Below, piece after piece: positions 52,301-62,700 of a stretch of 64,000 nucleotides of DNA (positions are counted from its first letter, which is position 1; each line of letters opens with the position of its first letter). The translations under genes and the position numbers were made by a program. This DNA comes from Clostridium sp. 28_17. GTDB taxonomy: Bacteria > Bacillota > Clostridia > TANB77 > CAG-508. The notes beneath the pieces were generated by a model. That model saw only the letters and a list, made by a program, of their open reading frames with translations, did not search any database and was not told the origin of the DNA. Location of the stretch: NCBI GenBank assembly GCA_001916065.1, contig MNRS01000020.1:55969-119968 (forward strand), read 5' to 3'.

Positions 52301-52877
52301 CTAATTGAACCAACTTTTGATTTGCTAAAACTTGTTCTCTTATTCCATTGTTTTGAATTTCTATGTAATAATCATCTCCAAAAACTTTTTTATGCCATAA
52401 TGCTATTTCTTCTGCCTTTTCAGTTTGGTTTGCTAATAAAGCTTGATTTACTTCTCCTGCAAGACATGCACTTAGGCATATTATACCTTCATGGTATTTC
52501 TCCAATATTTCTCTATCTATACGAGGTTTATAGTAATATCCATCAACAAAACTTAATGAAACCAATTTACTTAAATTTTTGTATCCTTCATTATTTTTTG
52601 CAAGCAAAATTAAGTGATAGTAATGGTTATCAATTCCTGCTTCTTTTTGTAATCTTGAACGTGGTGCAACATATACTTCACATCCTATTATTGGCTTTAC
52701 GCCTTCTTTTTTACATGCTTTATAAAAGTCAATGGCTCCAAACATTACTCCATGGTCTGTTATTGCTATTGAGTCCATTCCTAATTCTTTTGCTCTTACT
52801 GGTAAGTCCTTTATTCTATTTGCTCCGTCTAATAAACTGAATTCACTGTGTATGTGTAAGTGTACAAATTTTGACAT
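49359..52877 (-). CDS. dnaE: DNA polymerase III alpha subunit (DnaE type).
   Basis: 1172 aa. N-terminal PHP domain (HLHIHSEFSLLDG). Polymerase core and OB fold. Confidence 0.95.
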   Translation of the reverse strand: MSKFVHLHIHSEFSLLDGANRIKDLPVRAKELGMDSIAITDHGVMFGAIDFYKACKKEGVKPIIGCEVYVAPRSRLQKEAGIDNHYYHLILLAKNNEGYKNLSKLVSLSFVDGYYYKPRIDREILEKYHEGIICLSACLAGEVNQALLANQTEKAEEIALWHKKVFGDDYYIEIQNNGIREQVLANQKLVQLARKLDIPLVATNDAHYLKREDAYNHEVLLCIQTGKRMSDEDRMKFDTDELYVKSPEEMSEYFKAFPDAIENTVKIAEECNVEFEFGHTILPNYDVSPEYPTHYDFLKELCDKGLEKRYGKNLSEEIQKRAEYELGIIKKMGYVDYYLIVWDFIHYAKINGIPVGPGRGSGAGSILAYAIEITDIDPIKYGLLFERFLNPERISMPDFDVDFSDERRQEVIDYVARKYGHDHVSQIITFGTMAAKMVIRDVARVLDYPYAEADALAKMIPNEIHITIKKALEQNKELRDRYESDEQTKKILDIAMGLEGMPRQASTHACGVVITKDPVDTYVPLYVRDGQINTQYIMTTLEELGLLKMDFLGLRNLTVIQNTIDMVKENHGIDVEFDHDMSDPKVYKLWQDGNTSGIFQFESQGMTNFMKELKPDCLEDLIAGVSLYRPGPMDQIPRYIRGKQNPGHNEYTHPSLEPILNVTYGCMVYQEQVMQIVRDLAGYSLGRADLVRRAMGKKKLDVMAKEREVFIHGQVDEDGNVVVPGCVRNGIDEVSANKIFDEMAEFAKYAFNKSHAACYAVVSYRTAYLKAYYPAEFMAATLNSYLGNLDKAPQYIDECKRLGIQILKPDINKSFEKFTVEVNNSEAVGKIRFGLGAIKNVGKTPVENIVAERQENGEYKNFTDFCERIADTQVNKKCVESLIKAGVFDEFEQTRATLLASFETIMDTIQSGKKKGLNGQVSMFDIGTEQEKEEMEKQKYQFNEHPEMPEKELLSMEKEMLGIYISGHPLEKLREQIMHSTNINSMDLVQISEQNLTNNDDGANGDEMANVQARNSKPKFVDGQKVKYAGVITSIKKKYTKNNKIMAFITIEDLYGTAEVLAFENAVIGAGRSLVEENIVLIDGRLSIRDDQEPTIIANEIKDLGEEKPKVVTFDITDFTEVQKEKLRCAIKYFSGDKNNMNVQVKIGDDIRPCGAIYYNDEIKKIFDGICE

Positions 52878-53056
52878 TATTTTTCTCTCTTTCTATTTTT
52901 GTCCTTTTTAGAACAATTCTATTTAGAACACTGTCTTAAAAAGAACATTTTTCTGTATTATATTATCTTTTTTTATTAAAGTCAACTCAAAAACTCTAAT
53001 GTATAATCATACATCAGAGTTTTAGGGTGTTTTATTTAAATCAAAAACATTTTTAA

Positions 53057-53758
53057 TTACTTACAAAATCTATGTTTACCAATAGTAACTGTCATAGGTC
53101 TAGACCAAATCCATTTATTTGTAGCAGTAGAAGGATTAAAATAATAAATTGCTCCATAACTTGGATCCCATCCATTCATTGCATCCTGCGCAGCCTTTTT
53201 TGCGGTAGAATTTGGTGTCAAATTAACCTGACCATCTTTAACCGCATCAAATGCTCCAGACTGATACACAACACCTGCCAACGTATTAGGAAAAGAACTA
53301 CTTTTTATTCTATTCATTACTACTGCACCAACTGCAACTTGTCCTGTATATGGTTCTCCTCTTGCTTCACCATAAATAACCCTAGCAAGCAAATTTAAAT
53401 TACTATTATAACTAGAAGATGATGAACTGCTTGAAGAAGATGATGTTATTCCCATTGCCTTTAATGTTGCAGGCCCCGCAATTCCATCTACAGTCAAACC
53501 GTTTTTTCTTTGAAAATATTTTACTGCATTTACTGTTTGTGTTCCATAAATTCCGTCAATACTTCCAGAATAATATCCCCACCTTTTTAATTTTGTTTGA
53601 ATTTGTGTTACTTCAGAACCTCTTGAACCATATTTTGATAAAGTTTCTACTGCCAAATTTTCTTTGTTATTTTTATATACAAATATAGATAATAACATCC
53701 CTGTTAACATTAAAATTGCAATTATTGTAAAAAGTTTATTTTTCTTTATTTTTAACAT
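53057..53758 (-). CDS. Cell-wall hydrolase: PG_binding_1 plus SleB-like (Hydrolase_2) domain, with a Ser-rich linker. Start taken at MLKIKKNK (53758). The ORF track extends it to 53911, over the holA 3' end.
   Basis: Signal/TM anchor. Peptidoglycan-binding repeat (..IQTKLKRWGYYSGSIDGIYGTQTVNAVKYFQ..). SleB-type catalytic region (ARVIYGEARGEPY...VMNRI). Confidence 0.8.
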   Translation of the reverse strand: MLKIKKNKLFTIIAILMLTGMLLSIFVYKNNKENLAVETLSKYGSRGSEVTQIQTKLKRWGYYSGSIDGIYGTQTVNAVKYFQRKNGLTVDGIAGPATLKAMGITSSSSSSSSSSSYNSNLNLLARVIYGEARGEPYTGQVAVGAVVMNRIKSSSFPNTLAGVVYQSGAFDAVKDGQVNLTPNSTAKKAAQDAMNGWDPSYGAIYYFNPSTATNKWIWSRPMTVTIGKHRFCK

Positions 53759-53849
53759 AAAAAACCACCTATCAATAAAAATATTTTGCTTTCTAATATT
53801 TTTATCAATAAATGGTTTTATTATACATTTTTCTGCTACAATGTTACTA

Positions 53850-54875
53850 TTAATTGGAACAATATCTACACAAAATGGTCTCCATTCCAACTTGTAAATC
53901 AATTTTTCCATTTTTAAAATTATAATCTAAATCCGTTAAATCCTGTAACATATTCCTTAAATCTTTTTCTTTAAAATATTTTGCCTGTACCTTATATTTA
54001 CTTGTTAAGAACATTTGGTTAGGTTTTAAATTTAAACTTGAAGCCAAATCTTTATTTGTATTCAATGCCATTTTTGTTATATACAATTTTTTAAAATGAT
54101 TATAAAGTGTAACTAAAATTTTTGCTAATGGTTCTTTTGCATATATTAAATTTTGCAAAACCTGTAAAGCACCTGTTATATCCTTTTTTCCAAGGTTATC
54201 TGTTAAATCAAATATAACGCTTTCCAATTTTTTAATTGATAATTTATCAATATCTTCTTTTTTTATTGTTCCATTTTCTCCTGCATACTCAATTAATTTT
54301 CTAATTTCATTTATTAAATCCTGCATATTAGTTCCACAACATTCAATAAAATATCTAAGTGTTTGAGCATCTATATTTACCTTATATCCATTACAAATAG
54401 TTTTTATTCTTTGTTCTATTTGATTAGCCTTTTGGAAATCAAATTTGCATACAATTCCATTTTTATTAATTGCAGAATACAAAGCAGATTTAATATCCGC
54501 TTCTTCCTCAACAAATACTAAAACAACAGACTCATCTATTATTTCCATATTTTCTTCAATATATTTTGATAATTTATCTTTTATTTTAGTAGTATCACCT
54601 GTTTTTCTCTTTCCTTCTTTTTTGAAAAGCCCTGTATTTCTTGCAATTATCAATTTCTTTTCATATCCAAAACTCGGAGTTTCTATATCTGATATTATTT
54701 CAGATACATTTTGTTCGTCTATCATTATAAAATTTATTCCTTTAATGCATTCACCAAATAAATTTTTAATTCTTTTTAAATTGCTTTCTAACAAATACAA
54801 TTCCTCTCCATACAGAAGATATAAAGAATGTAATTGACCTAATTTTAATTCTTTTTCCAAATTATCAATCGTCAT
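53850..54875 (-). CDS. holA: DNA polymerase III delta subunit (HolA).
   Basis: 341 aa. N-terminal ..LYLLYGEE.. motif typical of the delta subunit. Confidence 0.85.
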   Translation of the reverse strand: MTIDNLEKELKLGQLHSLYLLYGEELYLLESNLKRIKNLFGECIKGINFIMIDEQNVSEIISDIETPSFGYEKKLIIARNTGLFKKEGKRKTGDTTKIKDKLSKYIEENMEIIDESVVLVFVEEEADIKSALYSAINKNGIVCKFDFQKANQIEQRIKTICNGYKVNIDAQTLRYFIECCGTNMQDLINEIRKLIEYAGENGTIKKEDIDKLSIKKLESVIFDLTDNLGKKDITGALQVLQNLIYAKEPLAKILVTLYNHFKKLYITKMALNTNKDLASSLNLKPNQMFLTSKYKVQAKYFKEKDLRNMLQDLTDLDYNFKNGKIDLQVGMETILCRYCSN

Positions 54876-54935
54876 ATTTAATCCCTTCTTATAGTTTTTC
54901 TATATATAGAAACCCTTATAATGGCACATATAATT

Positions 54936-56945
54936 TTATAAAATCATTGTACAAATTGCTCCTACGCTCCAAGCCTGTGCAATTGCGCCTTTTGGTTCAT
55001 ATGGTTTTGTAGAATCATAGATTTCTGCTATATTTCCCACACATCCTCTTTGGTTAATTTCTTTTTCAAAAACTTGTTTTTCCTTTTCAACAAAATCTTT
55101 TAATTTTGTCTCTAATTTTGTCTTATATGTTTTTCTTTTTTCAAATTTTACCATATTTTTTAAAGCCTCATAATATAATTCTAAAAGCCAAGTCCAAGTT
55201 ATCCCTTGGTGGTAACTCATATCTCTTTTAAACGCGTCTCCTTCATATATATCAACATAGTTAGGTTCTCCTTTAGCCAATGTTTTTAGTCCATAATTAT
55301 TTAATAGTTTTTTCTCTACTACATTGATTATATTATTTGCCTCAATAGAATTTGGTTCTACTATTGGATATGTTAAACTTAAAGCAAATAATTGATTTGG
55401 ACGTATTTTTCCGTCTTTATTTTTTTCGTCAGTTATAACATCATATAAGCATTTTCTTTTTGAATTATAAAATTTTGCATTAAAAGATTTTTTGCATTTT
55501 CTTGCTAATTCTTTGTATTTTTTTATATTATGTTGTTCTTCAAATTTTTCTGCCAAATCTGCCATTATCATTAAGCCATTATACCATAAACTATTAATTT
55601 CAACAACTTTTCCATTTCTAGGAGTTGCCGCTATTCCATATGTTTTTGCATCCATCCATGTATTTTGTGTATTTGCAGTTCCAGAAGATATAAGAAAATC
55701 TTTATCTAATTTTATATTGTTATCATCTAAATCGATTCCATTTTTATAATTTTCTATTATCTCTTTTAATTTATCATATATATATTCTTTAACAAATTCA
55801 TAATCTCCTGTATAATTCAAGTATTTTTGTATTTGTTCAAATAATAATAATGATGCATCTACACTGTTGTATAAAGGTTTATTATCTTTTTCAGAATAGC
55901 CATTTGGAACTAAACCACATTTGATATTTTTAGCCATTGTTAGTAAAACTTCTTTGGCTATATCATATCTTTTTGTCTTTAACAATAATCCTTCTAATGA
56001 CAATAGACTATCTCTTCCCCAATCTAAGAACCATGGATATCCTGCTATTAATGTGTGTAATTCAAAAGCAGGTCTATATACAACAAATTGGTCTGTAGCT
56101 TTTATTAATTCTGTTTCAAATTCTGTTTTTGTTGATGCTTCTGCATTTTGTATTATTTTTTTTATTCTATTTTTTTCATTTTTTAACATATTATCAACAT
56201 TTATATTTTCTATATTACTTTCAAGTCCACATGTAAAAAATATTGTTTTTTCTTCATTGGGTTGTAAATTAATTTCATATACTCCAACAACACTATGATT
56301 TTCTTTTGGATAAAATCCCCTTTTTTGTTCTTCTATATAAAACATATCTTTAAAAATATTATTTTTATATTCTGTATATTTTCCATCAGATACATACATA
56401 TATATTGGTTTTTCTTGGTTCTCATCAACAATAATTTTAACCTTCGTATTATTTATTTGTTGCTTTATATTAAACTCATACTTTGTACTCATTGAGTGAA
56501 AATCTCTAAAATTAACTATTGGAGCCAATGTAAATAAAGAATGTTTATTTATATTTTTTATTTTATAACAAATTCCCACAACTTCTTTTCCATATTCCAT
56601 ACATATCGTCTTTTCAATATTTACACCTGCAACATTATATTTAAATGTTGGAAAAATATCTTTTTCAAAACTTTCTTGAAATTTATATCCTTGTGAAATA
56701 TAATTTTCTCCCACATTTGTATATAAATCATATTTTTCGTTTTCAATTTGTATACTTTCATCTACTTTTGATAAAATTAAATATCTTTGAGCCGGTGGCA
56801 TTAATGGAGCAATTAATAATCCATGATATCTTCTTGTATTTGCTCCAATAATTGTAGAACTTGCAAACCCACCCATTCCATTGGTTATTAGCCATTCTCT
56901 CTTTAATCCATTTTCTAAATTAATATCCTCTTTTGTAAACTTCAT
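54936..56945 (-). CDS. Glycogen debranching enzyme (amylo-alpha-1,6-glucosidase, GDE family; GH133-like).
   Basis: 669 aa. Family N-terminus (NGMGGFASSTIIGANTRRYHGLL). C-terminal (alpha/alpha)6 barrel segment. Confidence 0.8.
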   Translation of the reverse strand: MKFTKEDINLENGLKREWLITNGMGGFASSTIIGANTRRYHGLLIAPLMPPAQRYLILSKVDESIQIENEKYDLYTNVGENYISQGYKFQESFEKDIFPTFKYNVAGVNIEKTICMEYGKEVVGICYKIKNINKHSLFTLAPIVNFRDFHSMSTKYEFNIKQQINNTKVKIIVDENQEKPIYMYVSDGKYTEYKNNIFKDMFYIEEQKRGFYPKENHSVVGVYEINLQPNEEKTIFFTCGLESNIENINVDNMLKNEKNRIKKIIQNAEASTKTEFETELIKATDQFVVYRPAFELHTLIAGYPWFLDWGRDSLLSLEGLLLKTKRYDIAKEVLLTMAKNIKCGLVPNGYSEKDNKPLYNSVDASLLLFEQIQKYLNYTGDYEFVKEYIYDKLKEIIENYKNGIDLDDNNIKLDKDFLISSGTANTQNTWMDAKTYGIAATPRNGKVVEINSLWYNGLMIMADLAEKFEEQHNIKKYKELARKCKKSFNAKFYNSKRKCLYDVITDEKNKDGKIRPNQLFALSLTYPIVEPNSIEANNIINVVEKKLLNNYGLKTLAKGEPNYVDIYEGDAFKRDMSYHQGITWTWLLELYYEALKNMVKFEKRKTYKTKLETKLKDFVEKEKQVFEKEINQRGCVGNIAEIYDSTKPYEPKGAIAQAWSVGAICTMIL

Positions 56946-56988
56946 TTCTATTTCCTTCCTAATGATTAATATTACTCATCAAAAATTT

Positions 56989-58684
56989 TTATTTTCCTGT
57001 AGTTTTTCTTCGTCTTCCCCTTTGACTTTTTGGAAGAACCCTTTGAGGCTTTGTCGTTGTTGTTGCTTGTCTCATACTTTTTTCATATTCTTTTCTAAAC
57101 TCTAGAACCTCTTTGTCTTCTTGAAAATTCACATTTTCCTTTTTTATTTTGTTTTCTCTTATTTCCTTTGCTTTTTTTGCTTTCCTTGCTTCTTTTCTCA
57201 TTTTTTGTTCTTTAAGTTTTATCATTTCATCTGCTTGTTTTATAGATTCAATTCTATCATTATATTTGCTTCTAAATTTGCTTTTATGTGCAACTTTATT
57301 TTCTTTTTTACCTTTTTTTGCATCTTTAGCCATTTGTTTTTTTATTTTATTTATTCTCTTATCTTCTCTTAATTTATTATTTAACATTAAATATTGAGGA
57401 TCATTTTGTTTATCTTGATATTTTAAATCATCACATATTAGTCCAATTATTGATTCTGCTACTAATTCTGGGTCATGTCTTATACAACCTTCTGATATCA
57501 TTGATAAATTTCTTTGTAAAAATGTTATTCCTTTTACCTTGTCAACATTGCTATCAACTAAGTCTTGTCCCTCTAAATTATATTTTTTTATGTATTCTGG
57601 AACAACTTCCCCCGTATCATATATACAATAGTCTATTATACCTTTTCCACAATGTTCAATAATTGCATTTAAATGGTCTGATACGCTATATTCGTCTGTT
57701 TGGCCAGGTTCTGTCATGATATTACTTATATAAACTTTTAATCCTGCAGATTCTTTTATTGCTTTTGCAACACCATTTACTAATAAATTTGGTATTACAT
57801 TTGTATATAAACTACCAGGTCCAATTATTATACAATCCGCTTCTTTTATTGCTTCTAAAACACCCGGTGCAGGTCTACAATTTGTAGGGTTTAAATATAT
57901 TCTATTTATTTTTGTTACTTTATCATATACCACTTCTGCAATTTTAGATTTTTCAGTTACCAAATATCCATTTTGTAGTTCTGCTGTAATATTCATTTCG
58001 TCTAATGTTACCGGCAAAACTTTTCCTATAATATTTAGTACTTCATTACTTTTCATTATTGAATCAGAAAAATCTTTATTTATATTTCTCATTGCATTAA
58101 AATATATATCTGCAAATGTTAAATTTCTAAGCCTTCCTTCTGTGAATTTATAATTAAATAATTTTCCAATTTGCCCATCTTGAGCAGAAAGAGAGACAAT
58201 ACTACCTTTCACATCATCTAACGGCATATTTTGAAGTTCTCTTCTGGATTCACTTTCTGTCTCTCCATAATCTGATATTGTAACTATTGCAGTTATATTG
58301 TCTGTATATTTTTTTAGACCTGTAAGAACAGTATTTAATCCCGTTCCACCACCTATTACAACAATATTAGGTCCTTGATGATATACTTTTTTATTAAATA
58401 TTAATGATTTAACATTTACATTACTTTTATCATTCATCCTATCATCTGTTGATTCTATCAATATTTCTAATGTTCTCTTGTTTAAACATACTAATCCAAA
58501 AATTACTGCTAAAACTCCAATTACGAATGTGACTATTATTTTTGCTAATTGTGCAAATGACATTTCTTTTAGGACCAATATTTCTGCAGTTCCATAACAT
58601 ATCAACGCAATCCCTATTAGTATTAATAACATCCATCTCTTTAATTTGCTTTTTGAATCAAACCATTTTATAAAACCATTCATT
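56989..58684 (-). CDS. YvcK/CofD-like gluconeogenesis-factor family protein (UPF0052), with an extra N-terminal TM segment and a ~130-aa lysine/arginine-rich C-terminal tail. Start taken at MNGFIKWF (58684), preceded by GGAGG. The ORF track extends it to 58731, over the murB end.
   Basis: Core ..VVIGGGTGLNTVLTGLKKYT...IIIGPGSLYTNVIPNLLV.. matches the CofD/YvcK fold. The tail KKQMAKDAKKGKKENK...RGRRRKTTGK is low-complexity and basic. Confidence 0.8.
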
Positions 58685-58705
58685 TTTGCTACCTCCAATG
58701 GGATA

Positions 58706-59626
58706 TTATAATCCCAACACCTTAATTTCAAATTCTATTTTTTTACCAAATTTTTCATAAACTTTATCTGTAACGTATTTTGCTAAATCTAAAACATTTT
58801 GTGCCGTAGCACCTCCTGTGTTTATTATGAATCCTGCGTGTTTCTCTGAAATTTTTGCTCCGCCTATTGAATAGCCTTTTAGTCCTGCTTCATCAATTAG
58901 TTTTGCAGTTATAAAATTGTCTCCTCTTTTAAAAGTACTTCCTGCAGATGGATATTCTATTGGTTGTTTGTCTTTTCTATATTGTGCATATTCATCCATT
59001 TTGGCTTTTATATCCTTTGTATTTCCTTTTTCCAACATCATTTTTGCTTGTAAAATAATGTATTTTCCACTTGAAAATATACTATTTCTGTATGTAAATT
59101 CCGCTTGTTCATTTGTAAATGTATGTAATTGACCGTTATAGTCAATTGCCGTAATTTCTGTTATTATGTCTTTCATTTCTTTTCCATGTGCACCTGCATT
59201 CATTAATATTGCTCCACCTATTGTGCCTGGAATTCCTGATATTTCTTCGAATCCGGTTATTTCTTGTTTTAATAATTTTTGTGCTAGCATTCCTATTGGT
59301 ACAGCATCATCTGTTGTTATCTCTACTTTATTTTGTTTTTTATTTTTTATTGTTATTTCTTTTAAGTTTGTTTTTATTACTATTCCTTGTATTCCTTTAT
59401 CTGATACAAGTATATTGCTTCCATTTCCTAGTATTGTTATTTTTATTTTTTCTTTTTTTGCAAATTCTAATATTTTTTGTAATTCTTCTATTGATAATAT
59501 TTTTATAAAGAATTCTGCAGGTCCTCCTATTTTGAATGACGTGTGTTTACTCATTGGCTCATTTTGTTTTATTCTTTCTTTTGTGATTATTTTTTCTAAG
59601 TTTTCTAATATTTCTTTGTTTTCCAA
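58706..59626 (-). CDS. murB: UDP-N-acetylenolpyruvoylglucosamine reductase (MurB).
   Basis: 306 aa. FAD-binding region (GGPAEFF...GNGSNIL). MurB C-terminal domain. Confidence 0.9.
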   Translation of the reverse strand: MENKEILENLEKIITKERIKQNEPMSKHTSFKIGGPAEFFIKILSIEELQKILEFAKKEKIKITILGNGSNILVSDKGIQGIVIKTNLKEITIKNKKQNKVEITTDDAVPIGMLAQKLLKQEITGFEEISGIPGTIGGAILMNAGAHGKEMKDIITEITAIDYNGQLHTFTNEQAEFTYRNSIFSSGKYIILQAKMMLEKGNTKDIKAKMDEYAQYRKDKQPIEYPSAGSTFKRGDNFITAKLIDEAGLKGYSIGGAKISEKHAGFIINTGGATAQNVLDLAKYVTDKVYEKFGKKIEFEIKVLGL

Positions 59627-59820
59627 TTTTTCACACTCTCTTTCTTTTAGTTATTTACGTTATATATTTTACTAAAATTTATGCAAAATATCAAGTAAAT
59701 TTTAACAATTTATTTTTTGTAAAATCGAATTTTTACAGTTCACAGCACATAAAGCAAAAAAAATAAAAGCCAAGACTATTCTTTTAGTTTTGGTTTTTAT
59801 TTTAAATATTATTAAGAACA

Positions 59821-60135
59821 TTATTTATTTTTCTTTCCAAAAGTAATTTCTTGGAATAAGAAATCATGTACTTTTTCCCAAGTAATTTCTTGATGTAAAA
59901 ATTCATTTATTTCATCTTCAACTTTTTGTTGAGCAGGTGTTAATTCGACTCTAATTTCTTGGTTCCAATCAATATCTTGTAACCAAAAAGCCTTAAATTT
60001 TTGCCAGAATCCTGTTTTTACAGGCAATGCTTCATTTCTAATTGTTCCAGCATTTTCAACAACACCACTTTGATTCATATTATTTTCAAATGATATTCCA
60101 CCAAATACACCTGATTCTTGATTTATTTCAGCCAT
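59821..60135 (-). CDS. Hypothetical small protein. Start taken at MAEINQ (60135), preceded by GGAGG. The ORF track extends it to 60213.
   Basis: ORF with good RBS spacing and no recognisable domain. Confidence 0.45.
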   Translation of the reverse strand: MAEINQESGVFGGISFENNMNQSGVVENAGTIRNEALPVKTGFWQKFKAFWLQDIDWNQEIRVELTPAQQKVEDEINEFLHQEITWEKVHDFLFQEITFGKKNK

Positions 60136-60260
60136 TTTAATTCCTCCTTTGTACCTAATAATCTCTACATAATTTATACTATACTTTAATACAAATATCA
60201 AGATTTTTGCCATTTTTTTGTATTAAGTTTTTGTTACATAAATATTACATTTTTATTACA

Positions 60261-61598
60261 TTATTCCATAATAGCAATAATATGTTCTTTTTCTGCTTTT
60301 TCACACACTACATCTATAATTTTATTGTCCAATTTTTCTTTTGATTGACAATATACCATTATATAATTTTGTGTATGTCCTTTATACATTCCATCTTTTT
60401 CTTCTTCAAATAATACTTCAACATTTTTTCCAATATATGACTTGTTATATTCAATTTCATTTCTATCAGATAATTCAATTAATTTTTTACTTCTTTCTTC
60501 TTTTATATCACCATTTATTTGATTTGGCATTACTGCCGCTTTTGTTCCTTTTCGTGGTGAATATTTAAAAACATGCATTTTATAAAATTTAATTTCTTTT
60601 AAAAATTGATATGTTTTATTAAATTCTTCATCTGTTTCACCTGGAAAACCCACAATTATATCCGTTGTTAGGTTAACATCACTATACGCATTTCTTAATA
60701 ATCGTACAATCTCTTTAAATTGTTCTGTTGTATATCTTCTATTCATTCTTTTTAGAGTTTCATCACATCCACTTTGCAATGATAAATGGAAATGGTGACA
60801 TATTTTTTCTAATTTTTTAAGTCTTTCTACAAATTCTACTGTTATAAGTAGAGGCTCTATTGACCCTAATCTTATTCTTTGGATTCCTTGTATCTCGTTT
60901 ATTTCTTCTAATAAATCAATTAATCTGTAATTTGTTAATTTGCTATCTTTACTCATTGCAAAGTCTTTTCCATATGAGGCTATATGGATTCCTGTTATTA
61001 CAACTTCTTTTATTCCTTTTGATGCAATTTGTGTAATTTCTGAAATTATATTTTCTGGCTTTCTACTTCTTACTCTTCCACGTGCATATGGTATTATGCA
61101 ATATGAGCAAAACCTATCACACCCATCTTGAATTTTGATAACTGCTCTAGTTTTTTCTGTATATGTAACATCACCAAAATCTGAAAATTCTTTTGAGTAC
61201 ATTACATCGTCTAATTCAACATTATTTATGTGATTATTTATGTATTCTTCAACATGTTTTACAATTTCAACTTTTTCGTTATTTCCCAAAACTAAATCAA
61301 TCTCCGGGATTTTGGCTAATTCTTTTTTTGCAACTTGTGCATAACATCCAACTGCAACAACTATTGTTGATGGATTTTTTTCTTTCATTCTTCTTAACAT
61401 TTGTCTTGATTTTCTGTCTGACATATTTGTCACAGTACATGTATTTATAATACATATATCTGGTTTTATATCTTCATTTTCTGGTGTTATTTCTTCAATT
61501 ATTTGATATCCTTTTTCTAAGAATTTTTGTGCCATTGCATTTGTTTCGTACTGATTTACCTTACATCCCAATGTTACGAATCTTACTACTTTACTCAT
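60261..61598 (-). CDS. mtaB: Radical-SAM methylthiotransferase of the MiaB/RimO/MtaB family (MtaB-like: UPF0004, radical SAM and TRAM domains).
   Basis: 445 aa. N-terminal UPF0004 (TLGCKVNQYE). CxxxCxxC (CDRFCSYC). C-terminal TRAM. Confidence 0.85.
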   Translation of the reverse strand: MSKVVRFVTLGCKVNQYETNAMAQKFLEKGYQIIEEITPENEDIKPDICIINTCTVTNMSDRKSRQMLRRMKEKNPSTIVVAVGCYAQVAKKELAKIPEIDLVLGNNEKVEIVKHVEEYINNHINNVELDDVMYSKEFSDFGDVTYTEKTRAVIKIQDGCDRFCSYCIIPYARGRVRSRKPENIISEITQIASKGIKEVVITGIHIASYGKDFAMSKDSKLTNYRLIDLLEEINEIQGIQRIRLGSIEPLLITVEFVERLKKLEKICHHFHLSLQSGCDETLKRMNRRYTTEQFKEIVRLLRNAYSDVNLTTDIIVGFPGETDEEFNKTYQFLKEIKFYKMHVFKYSPRKGTKAAVMPNQINGDIKEERSKKLIELSDRNEIEYNKSYIGKNVEVLFEEEKDGMYKGHTQNYIMVYCQSKEKLDNKIIDVVCEKAEKEHIIAIME

Positions 61599-61692
61599 TT
61601 TTTTCCTTTCATTTTTTAATCAATTAAAGAACGTTCCATTTGTATTTTGGAATTTTCACCCCATTAAAGAACGTCCTTGTAAGTTTATGTTT

Positions 61693-62700
61693 TTATTTTG
61701 ATCTTCCATCTAATGTATCTAAGTTATCTAGTGCTTTTCCGGTTCCCAATGCAACACATGATATAGAATCTTGAGCAATCATTACATTTATTCCAGTTTT
61801 TTCTTGTAATAATTTATCTAATCCATCTATTAAGCATCCTCCACCTGTCATATAAATTCCCTTGTCACTAATATCTGCTGCAAGTTCTGGTGGTGTTCTT
61901 TCTAGTACACTATGAACTGCATCTACAATCATCATTGCAGGTTCTATCAATGCTTCTAACATTTCGCTTGAATGTATTGTTGCAGTTTTTGGTAATCCTG
62001 TTGATAAATCTCTACCTCTTATTTCCATTTCTGCATCTTGAATTTTTGGATACACACATCCAACATTTATTTTTAGGTCTTCCGCTGTTCTTTCTCCTAT
62101 TGCAATGTTATGTTTTTTCTTAATATATTTTACTATGTATTCATCAAATTTATCTCCTGCAACTTTTAATGATGTGCTTACAACTGAACCTCCAAGAGAG
62201 ATAACTGCTATATCTGTTGTTCCTCCACCAATATCAACTACCATATTTCCACATGGTTTTGATATATCTATTCCTGCTCCTATTGCTGCTGCAATTGGTT
62301 CTTCTATTAGATATACTTTTCTTGCCCCTGCTTGTATTGCTGCATCTATTACTGCTTTTTTCTCTACTTCTGTTACTTGTGATGGTATACATATCATTAT
62401 TCTTGGTGCAAATATTGATTTTCCACAAACTTTTCCTATAAAGTGTTTTAACATTTTTTCTGTTACTGTGTAGTCTGATATTACGCCTTCTCTAAGTGGT
62501 CTTGTTGCTATGATATTTCCAGGTGTTCTTCCTATCATCCTTCTTGCTTCTCCACCTACTGCTAGTACATCTCCAGAGTTTCTATCTACTGCTACTACTG
62601 ATGGTTCTCTTAGTACTATTCCTCTTCCTTTTATATATACTATTACTGTAGCAGTTCCTAAATCTATTCCTACGTCTTGTCCAAATCCAAATTTTAACAT
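61693..62700 (-). CDS. mreB: Rod-shape-determining actin homolog MreB/Mbl.
   Basis: 335 aa. GIDLGTATV phosphate-1 motif. Actin-fold motifs throughout. No mreC/mreD downstream. Confidence 0.9.
   Translation of the reverse strand: MLKFGFGQDVGIDLGTATVIVYIKGRGIVLREPSVVAVDRNSGDVLAVGGEARRMIGRTPGNIIATRPLREGVISDYTVTEKMLKHFIGKVCGKSIFAPRIMICIPSQVTEVEKKAVIDAAIQAGARKVYLIEEPIAAAIGAGIDISKPCGNMVVDIGGGTTDIAVISLGGSVVSTSLKVAGDKFDEYIVKYIKKKHNIAIGERTAEDLKINVGCVYPKIQDAEMEIRGRDLSTGLPKTATIHSSEMLEALIEPAMMIVDAVHSVLERTPPELAADISDKGIYMTGGGCLIDGLDKLLQEKTGINVMIAQDSISCVALGTGKALDNLDTLDGRSK

Noticed and set aside
59240-59262. A tRNA-like TTCGAATCC (T-loop) motif.
   Set aside because: It lies inside the murB coding sequence with no acceptor or anticodon stem context. 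It is a coincidental match.
1856-62441. Many plus-strand ORFs of 60-170 aa lying inside minus-strand genes, for example 1856..2077, 3554..3850, 21124..21618, 59166..59675 and 62105..62473.
   Set aside because: They are low-complexity, Leu/Phe/Ile-rich antisense shadow ORFs, typical of AT-rich genomes. Each fully overlaps a well-supported gene on the other strand and has no RBS or homology.
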